Virus record (IMG/VR): IMGVR_UViG_3300042558_000752
Location: 4,014 to 68,013 of that record
Origin: a virus
Length of the DNA stretch: 64,000 nt
Direction: 5' to 3' (one strand)
Position numbers and translations under genes: made by a program
The notes under the pieces: model-generated
Databases searched by the model: none
The model's input: the letters and a program-made list of their open reading frames with translations, nothing else
Told to the model about the DNA's origin: nothing
Shown here: positions 10,185 through 22,100 of the stretch, in pieces
How positions within the stretch are numbered: the first letter of the stretch is position 1
Layout of the letters: each line of letters opens with the position of its first letter

Positions 10185-13100
10185 ATGGCCGATAAATTTC
10201 CTAACAGTCAACTACCAATACGCAGATCAGTAGAACTGCTACCAGTAATTTTTCAAACACCTGCCAATGATAAATTTTTATCCGCGGTAGTTGATCCCTT
10301 AATACAACCGGGGGTGTTAGACAAAGTTGTGGGTTACGTTGGACGCAGATATGGCAAGACATATAACAGCAACGATGTGTATGTTGACACAGACGGCACA
10401 TTGCGCAGCAGTTATCAACTTGAACCCGGGGTGATATTTAAAAATCACGATAAAATAGAAAATTTCTACGACTATATTGATGTTAAAAATCAATTGAAAT
10501 TTTTTGGAAACACCATCGAACGCGATGACAAGATAACTAGTCAAACGCATTACACCTGGAATCCTCCCATAGACTGGGACAAGTTCATCAACTATCGAGA
10601 ATATTATTGGGAGCCAACTGGCCCACGAAGTATTAATATCACAGGTCAGAGTGCTAGTATTACCAGCACCTATAAGGTAGTATTAGGTACAACTAAAAAT
10701 TCATTTGTATTCACTCCAGATGCATATACCAATAATCCTACATTGACTCTTTATCGAGGTCAGACCTACAACTTTAGAGTCAATGCCCCTGCTGAAGGAT
10801 TCGCAATACGCACTAATTTTGACACAGGCAGTTTACTTTTTCAGCCTAACAGAAGCTATGCACAAGGTAGTCTTGTGGTCTATGATTCAAAACTATGGCG
10901 AGCCATTAGAGATGTTACCAGCTTTGATGCCAGCTCAATTACTATAGACAGCCAAGATTGGCAGTATGTAGAATCTGCCAGTGAAGGTTCTGCATTAGAC
11001 TACGACAACGGAATCACCAACAATGGTGTTGAAAACGGCACCTTGACATTTGTAGTACCATATGATGCTCCTGACACACTGTATTATCAAAGTAAAATAA
11101 CTCCGGATGCATTTGGTAGGTTTGTCATTGCAGACATAGAAGAAAACACATTTGTTAATGTAGACATTGAGATCATTGGTAAAACCACATATACCAGCGG
11201 CAACGGCATCGCATTCAGCAACGGTATGATTGTTGAATTCTCTGGCAACATATTACCTGCTATCTATGCCAAAGACACATGGTTGGTAGAGGGAGTAGGC
11301 ACAGCCATAACCTTGACTAGATTCAGTGATCTTGTAGTGCCGGTACTCAGCACAGAAGTTCCTGAAGTATTGTTTGACAACGAGGGGTTCGATACACAGC
11401 CTTTTGATGATGCCACAGAGTATGCCGCATTCAAAGACTATATTACCATTGCTAGAGACAGCGCAGATAATAATCCTTGGAGTAGATACAATCGTTGGTT
11501 CCACAGGTCTGTCTTAGAAAAATCATATCAATTAAGAGGTCAAGATTTTCCAGCCAACGAAACTACCAGAGCCAAACGTCCAATTATAGAATTCCGTGCA
11601 GGGCTACAGCTATTCAATCACGGATCTACAGCTAAACAGACTGTGGACTATATCGATACTGCAACTACTGATGTGTTTTCTATTATCGAAGGTACCAAGG
11701 GCTACAACATAGACGGAGAATTCTTGTTTGACGGTGCAAGAGTATTAGTAGTAGCAGACAAAGACAAATTAGTTAATAATAAAATTTACACAGTTGAATT
11801 TATTACGCATAATGGAGTTTCTCAAATTCATCTAAGAGAAAGTGATGATACTGAATCGATACTAGGACAAGGTGTGACTGTAAGACGCGGTGTAGTAAAC
11901 AAAGGTCTAATGTTCCACTTCAACGGAACTAGCTGGGTATCTAGTCAACCCAAGACTGCTGTAAACCAAGCGCCGATGTTCGATGTCTATGATTCTAATG
12001 AAATTAGTTTTGGCGACCCTACCACCTATGCAGATACAGAATTCACGGGTTCGACTATATTAAGCTATAAGCCAGGTACTGCTAGAATCGACAAAGAACT
12101 AGGGTTCAAGATCAGTTATCTCAATATAGATAACATCGGTGACATAGAATTTAATTGGAACTGGGACACTGAAACATTCCGCTACTCTGTTAACAAGTCT
12201 CCAGTGCTGAAAAAAATATCTACAGGTTTTTATAGATTTGGATCTGATGGATATGCCAACGGATGGCAGCAACTGAATTCCAAATATATACAACCTATAA
12301 TAGATGATCAAGTGGTAGAAATTGCCACAGACACGTTGATTTTTAACACAGTAAGATGGGAGAGTCTAACCGCCGACCCTAACATAAATTTCTATCTCAA
12401 CGGTTCAAGATATACCGGCACCTGGACAAGAGATCGTGGCACCTTTGTGTTTAATACACCGTTCGAGATAAACGATGTTGTAGTAATAAAACTTATTACA
12501 GATATCGATCCCGATCAGGGCTACTATGAAATGCCAGTTGGTCTAGAAAAAAATCCGTTTAATACCCCTATTGACTCGTTTACTCTAGGGCAGGCTGTGG
12601 CCCATATTTCCAGTGCAGTAGAGTGGGACAGCGAATACACAGGAAAATTACCAGGATCCAGCAATCTAAGAGATCTTGAAGATTACAGACTGTTAGCCGG
12701 AAGATTTTTAAAACACAGCGGCAACGCACCGTTGGCTATAATGTCGTTATGTGACAAGACTCATAACATTATAAAATCTATTTCCTATGCTAAAAAAGAA
12801 TATACAGATTTTAAAAACAATTTTCTACAAAGAGCCATTGAAATTGACTTCAATGATGACGTAGTTAATTTCGTTGATGATATTATTAATAGTCTTACCG
12901 CAGTAAAAACAGCTAAAGATGCATTTGCTGATTCAGATATGATAGGTGCAGGTGCGTATACTGCATTGCAGACAGTTGTTGAAGATCCAGGGATCTCGGT
13001 ATTTTCGTTAACAGAACCGTTTGATCTAAAAACACCAAGCACTCGAGCTGTGTATGTTTACAAAAACAGTACGCAATTGTTAAACACTCAAGACTATGAG

Positions 13101-16100
13101 TTTGATTCTACATTCAGTTTTGTAAAACTCAAAGCTTCGTTAGCAGAAGGTGATACAATTGAAATAAGGGAATATCTCAGTACAGCTACTAACCATATTC
13201 CTCCAACTCCTACAGCTATGGGATTGTATAAAAAATACACTCCGACGAAATTTCTTGATGACACATATCAAGAACCTAGATATGTGATACAAGGGCACGA
13301 TGGCAGTATCACTGCGGCCTATAATGATTTCAGAGATGATCTCTTACTCGAACTTGAATTACGAATCTATAATAATATCAAGCAAGAATACGATTCTGCA
13401 GTTTTTGACATAGATCAAATATTAGCAGGATATTACGGCATTGGTGAATATTCCAAGTCTCAGCTAGATAGTATTGTAGTGCAGGATTTTCTAAAGTGGA
13501 TTCAAAATACCAACATTAATTATACCTTAAATGAATATTTTGACAGTGAAAATTCATTTACCTACACCTATTCAAATATGTCAGACCCTACCAAGACCAA
13601 GAATATCCCTGGTTGGTGGAGAGGAGTGTACCAACATTTCTATGACACTGATAGACCACATCGTTGTCCTTGGGAAATGTTGGGATTTAGTCAACAACCT
13701 ACTTGGTGGCAAGCGGAATACGGATCAGCACCGTATACAAGTAATAATTTGATATTATGGGAAGATCTCGAAGCCGGGATAATTCGTCAAGGCATCCGAG
13801 CCGGCAGACATGACAGATATAAACGTCCAGGACTTGTTAGACACATACCAGTAGATGCAGACGGAAAACTATTGAGTCCGTTAGACTCAAATCTAGCACA
13901 GGATTTTTCGTTGATCAACAATCGCGGACCGTTCGTATTAGGAGACGTGAGTCCGGTAGAATACGCATGGAGATCTAGTTCTGAATGGCCCTACGCAATA
14001 GTTGCTGCTATGTGTTTGATGAAACCATTTGAATATATTCCTGATAATTTTGATAGATCAAGAATCGTAAAAAACAAGTTAGATCAGTATGTAAATTCAA
14101 CAACAGGTCTCTTTATAACAATTGCCGACATTGCTCCGTATGTAACAGACTCTGTTACTGTGGGCTTGGTAAAATATTTGACCAGTTATACAAAATCTCA
14201 AGGACTGTCTTCAGACAGTTTACAGACTAAAATAGAAAAATTAGATGTGGCTCTTAGTTTTAGGATGAGTGGTTTTGTTGATCAACAACAACAGAAATAT
14301 CTATTAGATTCTAAAAATCCGTCAGCTACTACTTCTGGAATTTTTATTCCTTCAGAAAATTATGATATTATATTCAACGTTAGCAGTCCTGTAACTACGG
14401 TAAGCTATAGTGGAGTGAGACTAGAAAAAACTGCAAGTGGCTGGATAGTCGCGGGGTATGATGATATTCATCCCTACTTCAATTATCATCTAGCGCAGGC
14501 CAGCAGTAAAGATCCTATAATTTCTGTAGGCGGAGTTAGCGAATCGTTTACAGACTGGATTCAAGATAAAACCTATAATAACGGTGCATTGGTAAGATAC
14601 CAAAGTAATTTTTACCGAGCATTAAAAACACATCTCAGCACCGGAGATTTTGATCGTAGTCAATGGCAGAAACTAGGTGATGTGCCTAAAATAGGTGCAA
14701 TAGAAGCTCAGCGTAGACGTGTGTTTAATACATTGTCGGTGAGACAGATCAGTTATGGAACACGGTTAAACTCTATACAAGAAGTAGTGGATCTATTATT
14801 AGGTTACGAAAGCTATTTGAAAACACAGGGAATCATCTTTGATAATTATGATCCTCTAAACGCTACCAGTCAGGATTGGCTCAGTGCTGCCAAAGAGTTC
14901 ATGTTCTGGACCAAACACAATTGGGAATCAGGTGCTATTATTACCCTAAGCCCTTCTGCACAAAAATTAGAGATTTCAATACCGATAGGCACCCCAGACA
15001 ATTTATTAGACGGATTCTATGACTATCAGATACTCAAAGGAGACGGAACTCCGTTAGCTCCAAGATTTTTAAATGTTAATAGAGGTTTTCAAAATCTCAA
15101 GATAGAAACCACAAATACCACTGACGGTATCTATTATGCAAGACTGCATTATGTAATAAAAGAACACGTTACTGTATTTGATAACCGCACAGTATTCAAT
15201 GATATTATCTATGACAAGCCTACCGGATATCGTCAAGGTCGTATCAAAATGCAGGCCTTCCGTACCGTGGACTGGGACGGCGACTATACCAGTCCGGGAT
15301 TCTTGTTTGACAATGTTGATATACAGACCTGGAAACCTTTCAACGATTACAAACTAGGAGATATCGTATCTTACAAATCTTATGATTGGACTAGTTTAAG
15401 AAACCAATTAGGCACAGAAACGTTCAATGATGCTAACTGGTCAAAACTAGATTCGAAACCAGTCAAACAGTTGGTATCAAATTTTGATTATAAGATAAAA
15501 CAATTCAGCGATTATTTTGAAACTTCGTCTCAGGGACTAGATCAAAGCCAACGAGAATTAGCCAGACATGCTATAGGTTACCAACAACGAGACTATCTAC
15601 AAAATCTTGCAGAAGATTCTGTGAGTCAATACCAACTGTATCAAGGATTTATCAGGGAAAAAGGCACCGCAAACAGTGTGACCAAAATCTTTAACAAGCT
15701 CAGCAGATCGGGGTCCGACAGTATTGTGCTCAATGAAGAATGGGCCTTTAGACTAGGACAGGTTGGTGGAGTTGATCAATTTTCAGAAATTGAAATCCAA
15801 CTAGAAAAGAATAAATTCAAATTAGATCCACAGCCACATTTGGTAACCGGCAGCGAAACGCCTAATGCATTGGATCAATATTATAGATTCACATCCAATG
15901 ATTTCACCATTTCTCCAATTCCCTATACTGTAGATATTTTACCTACCGCAGTGGATCTAGAACCAGAATTAACTGCCGGTTATGTTAGTTCAGGACAATA
16001 TCAACATGTGATCGGCACAATGGATCAACTGACCACGCTGGATATAACCACAGTTGACGAAAATGATCACATCTGGGTAACATTCGATCAAGACAGCTGG

Positions 16101-19100
16101 CAGATACTGCGAGTTAACGAATCCCCACTGTTATATGTTATTGAAGCAGTGCGTATAGACGATACCGTAGTCACTCTAACACTGAACAGACCACATTCGT
16201 TGGTAGTTGATGATTATGTAGGATTCCGTGAGATCATTAACCTTAGCGGATTTTTTAAAGTTAGTGCAGTAACCAACACTACTATAACAGTTGTAGTCAG
16301 TGCAGACATCAGCGACCCCGAGTTAGACGCCAGTACCACAGTTAACATTCAGTTGTTAACTACAGCAAGATTCGCTGACTATGCAGCAGTTGATCAACAT
16401 CCAGCAGCACTATTGAAAAATAAATCGTTGGTATTTGTAGACAACAACGGCAGCGATCAATGGGAAGTGGTGCAGAAAAATAAATTATATACTTCAAAAT
16501 CTATAGCAGATTTTGGTACCTCCGCTCCGCTGCTCACAGGCTCTAAAGTTGTTTACGATAATGTTAATAAACACGTGATCAGCAGCATGCCTGGTGCAGG
16601 ATTTGTAAATGTCTATGTAGAAACAGATACTGGACTTTCATTGAAACAGATCATAGCACCACCTATTGGATTCTACGACATTGCTCTAGGATCGTTTGGT
16701 GAAAAAATGGCGGTGAGCCCAGACGGCAAATATCTAGTGATAGGTGCACCTACAGCTAGCGGTGTAGTGAATAGATTCATGGGCGAATGGCAGACTGAAG
16801 TAGCCTATGAACAAAATGACGTTGTACTTTACGGCGGTAGACTTTATAGAGCATTAAATGCCAATGGAAATTTTGTAGGACTAGGAGATGGCAGTACTCA
16901 GATAGCTATCAACTCCGACGACTGGGTTCCGCATACTACAGTTATTCCTGCCGAAACATCAGCACGTAATCCCGGTTATTATCAGCAAGGTATGGTTGCG
17001 GTATATGAATTTGTCAGCGGCAGATATATAAACACCACAGCATTTGTGAGTCCTCGTCCTACGGATAACGAAAAATTTGGATCAGAAATTACCATTGGGG
17101 TGAACGGAACTGAATATTATCTAGCAGTATCTGCCATAGGTTCATACAACAACACAGGTAGAGTATATCTTATCAAGTATACTGGAACTGAATGGACACA
17201 TATGGAAAACCCTTTGTACAAGGGCATATACAATCTGTTTGATTCATACAAGCAAGGTGAAATAGTATGGCAAGCATCTCAAGATCCTGAAGGCGAAGCA
17301 GTACGTGGCAATCTATGGCAGAGCCTAGATGGGTCAACATCAGACGGTAGTACTATCACTTTAGATTCTCAGAACTGGCTAAAGGTCAGTGACATTTCTA
17401 CACACTGTTCATTGCCTACAAATATCTCTGTAGAAGATGACGGGTCTACCTTAGAATTTACAATTACAGGATTATTAACAGATACACAAAAAGCAGAATT
17501 GGTCAAGCAGGGAGATCAATTTGGGTTTTCTATGACTATGAGCATTGATGGTAGCATATTGGTCATAGGCGCTCCCGATAGTGATGGTCAATATTTTGCA
17601 AATTATCGAGGACTATGGCGCGGAGATGTAGAATACGTCGAAGGCGAAGTAGTCCGTTACCGAGGATCATCGAGTGAGTTATATCAATACTATCAGTTAG
17701 GAGATGCATTTTTAGGCCCAGACAGTACGTATCGAAGTTATAACGAAGATCCGTCAGATAGTGTAAATTGGCAACAAGTTGGTGATAGCACAACCACTTC
17801 CAGCGGTAAGATTTTTGTTTACAAGAAAACCGAGTATGATTCTTACGAACTTACTCAGATGATTAATGCCGGCTCACTGACATCGTTTACTGACATCGAT
17901 TCGGGATTAGTTATCAGCACAGGTGACCAATTTGGGTTCAGTATGGACATGGATGCAAACGGTACGATGTTGGCAGTGTCCAGTCCTAGAGCGGATGTGA
18001 ATTATCAAGATCAAGGTGCTGTGTATGTTTTAGAATTAGATAAACCAGTGACTGAATTCCGGGTCAAGCAGCGTTTACAGAGTTATGAAATTTATACCAA
18101 TGAGTATTTTGGTTTTGCTGTATCAGTGAGTCCAGACAGCGAAAAGATAGCCATTGGAGCGAGAAATGCTAAGACTCCATTCCCAGTAAACTTTGACCTG
18201 TTAGAAGGCACAACATTCGATAATAGTAGAACACGATTCTATGTAGAACAAGGGTTCACTGGCGGAGTTTATGTGTTTGATAAAAAAGATCAATTATTCT
18301 TCCTCACAGAAAAACTCGACAGCGATTTGCAGGCAGATGAATCATTTGGCCACAGTGTAGATTGTGTGGGCACAAAATTATTGGTAGGATCTCCTTACTA
18401 TAAAAATTCAGTGACCAACACTTATCAAGGAATTGCTCGTTTGTTTACTTCCAACTCTGCTGATGCCAGTTGGACCACGTTGACTAACCAACAACCATTA
18501 GTTGATTTAAGAAAGATCAAGAAAGTTGAGCTCTATGACAATGTAAAGAATGTAAAAATTCAAGATGTAGATTATATCGATGCTGCTAGAGGTAAGATAC
18601 TTAACATAGCAGAACAAGAGATAAAATATAAAACTCCTTATGACCCGGCAGTTTACACTATAGGTACATCGGACGTGGTGGTAGATCCTACTATTAACTG
18701 GTTAGAAAAAAATGTAGGAAAATTATGGTGGAATACCGGAACCGCCAAGTTTCAATATGCAGAACAAAAAGATTCAGCTTATAGAATAGGAAATTGGAAC
18801 CAACTAGTTCAAGGTGCCAGCATTGATGTTTATGAATGGGTAGAAACAGTGTTGTTACCTAATGAATGGGCAGCTTTGGCAGACACCAATGCAGGGCTAG
18901 CTCAAGGAGTCAGCGGACAACCATTATATCCCAACAATGATGTTTACAGTGTGAAATTTTTCTTTAGTTCTACCACTGGTCAAGTTTCAGAAACATTATA
19001 TTATTACTGGGTTCGAAGCAAGGCTGTGACTCCACCTAACATGGCGGATCGTAAACGATCAGCAGCTGAAGTAACAAACTTAATTTCTAATCCCGCAGGC

Positions 19101-22100
19101 ACTGGAATCGCATTTGTAGCATTTTTACAATCAGACAAATTTTTAAGTTATAATTTTAAATCAATTATGCAGTCTGATACTGCACTGATAAATCTACAAA
19201 TTAGAAAAAATTTAGAATCACAGATTCCTGTGCATAACGAATATCAATTGCTCACAGAGGGTGTGGCTGATAGCTTGCCTTCTGCTAAACTAGAAAACAA
19301 ATGGATTGATAGTCTTGTAGGTTCAGATATTGCAGGCAACAGAATACCGGATATATCACTGTCAGCTAAACAAAAATATGGAATCGAATATCGACCCCGT
19401 CAGACCATGTTTGTTGATAGGATTTTAGCACTGAAAATTGTTATAGAATATATCAATAATATTTTACAAAAAGAAACGTTTGCAGAAACCATAGATTTTA
19501 CCAATCTCAACAGTGTAGATACTGTGCCTAGTTCTGCGTTAAATTTTTATGATGTAGCAGTAGACACTGATATTGATCTGCAGACAGTAGGAACAACTAA
19601 CACTCGTCGTGCTGTTTTGAGAGGCAACCTTATCAACGGTGAATTAGATACCATTGATATTGTAGATCCTGGATACGGATATAAACCAAAAGAATTATTC
19701 GATCAAGAACAGAGCGGAATTTATATCGGTCCCCCGATTACTATATCTGGAGACGGGGTTAATGCTACCGCGGTATGCCATATAGATGGTCAAGGTCGTG
19801 TAATTGCTGTGGTAGTAACTAATCGCGGTAAAAAATACAGCAGTATAACTGTTCAGGTTAGATATTTTTCTGTTTTGGTTAACAACGATGCTACCTTAAA
19901 TAATTTTTGGAGTATATATTCTTGGGATAATTCACGTAAAGTATATTTCCGTAGTAAATCTCAATCTTTTGATACAACAAAATATTGGAGTAAAATAGAT
20001 TGGATCCGTACGGGATATGACAGCAATCTTCGAATAATTAAAGAGTTGAACAGTATCTACGAAATAGTCGATGCTCAAATTGCCATCGGTGATATCATAA
20101 AAGTCAAAGAATACGCCTCCGGCGGCTGGGCGGTGTTTGAAAAAATCTCAGATACTGCTGAGTTGTTTCTAGATAGATATCTATTAGTCAGCAGACAACT
20201 TGGTACCATTCAAATAAATTCCTCATTATATAATACAGGTGTAACTGGAGTCGGGTTTGATAACACACAGGCATTTGACACTACAACATATGACATTGAA
20301 AATTCTAAGGAATTAAGAAATATCTTTACAGCAATCAAAGAACAAGTGTTTATCGGCGACTATGCGGTAGAATGGAACAAATTATTTTTTGCTTCAATAC
20401 GCCATGTGTTCAGCGAACAGCAGTATGTAGATTGGGTATTCAAAACCAGTTTTCTAAATGCTACACATAACATTGGAACACTAGCAAGCCCGCCAAATTA
20501 TAAAAATGATAATTTATCAAGTTATCAGGATTATATTAACGAGGTTAAACCATTTAGAACCACAGTTAGAGAGTATATCAGCCGTTATACTCAACCAGAA
20601 ACGTATTCATCGGCAGTGGCTGATTTTGATTTGCCACCAGCGTATTCGGTATCGGATGGCCGTGCTAACCCAGTTAATTCGTTATCCGCAGAGATATCGC
20701 AGTATCCGTGGAAATGGTGGGCAGATAATAATACCTACACGGTGACTGCTATAGACGTGTATCAACAGGGATCAGGCTATACTACTCCTCCTAAAGTATT
20801 GATTAGCGGAACAGGAACCGGAGCCACTGCTAAAGCATACATCTCTAACGGTAAAGTTTCAAGCATACAAGTTCTAACTGTAGGGTCCGGGTACACTACA
20901 GCACCAACGATCACATTGGTAGGCGGAAACTCTCCTACTTCTATTCAGGCCAAGGCAGTATCGGTCATAGGCGATTCCCAAGTTCGAACATTTGATGTTT
21001 CGGTAAAATTTGATAGAATTTCTACAAGCGGAATTTACAACACATTTTCACAGACGCAGACATTTATAGCTACCGGAAGCAGTTCTGTGTTCTTGTTGAA
21101 TTATGCACCGACCAATGACAAAGCTAAAATTAGAGTAACACAAAAATCATCAGCAACCAAAAAAACACAAGTGGTATTGGCCAGCGAATATACAATCAAT
21201 CTATATTATCAAGCCACTGATAGTTATTCTTTATTACGTGGAAAACTGATATTTAATACAGCTCCAACTAAAGATGATGAAATCACAGTGACCTATGACA
21301 AGAACATTTTGTTATTAGATGCTGTGAATAGAATCAATCAATCCTACTCTCCTAAAGCAGGTATGGTAGGAAAAGAACTAAATCAGCTGATGACAGGTAT
21401 TGACTTCGGTGGAGTTAGAATCCAAGGCACCACATTTGATGTTACTGGTGGTTGGGATGCGTTACCTTGGTTCACAGACAATTGGGATTCAGTAGAGTCT
21501 AGTTCGGATTATTATCATGTTGCCGATGGCAGTACTGGTACAGTAACATTACCATATATTCCAGCCAACGGTCAACAAATCAACATCTACATCAAACGAA
21601 AGAATACTAATGTCACTGTGCGAGTTGATGACGAAAATTATTCACCCACACAAGATTCCAGCACAGGTACGAACCCAACAGCAGAAATGCCAACATTTGT
21701 CGGTGATGGCGTAAATGCAGTGGTAGCTATCGGTGACTATCTAAGTACTGTAGACGGTGATATTCTTATATTCCGGCCTATAGAAAGTGATGGATCCGTT
21801 AATATAACAGATGATAATATTTTAGATACTAGATTAAGTGGTGGATCGCTGTCGTCGATCAGCGGCGCTTATGTTACGGCTACTGGTATGACTTCAGAAG
21901 AAATAGCTATCACCGGGGGTAAATTTATAGATCCTAATGTAGTACCAGCCCCTGAAGAAAATGTTCCGGGACAGGTCATAGAAAGTGTTTCAATTAAAGT
22001 GTATAACAATTCAGCATCTGGTGCAGCAGCATTGCAATCTAATGTAAAAACAGCCAACGGTACAGATACAGAATTTGCCATAGGACAACCGGTATTAGAA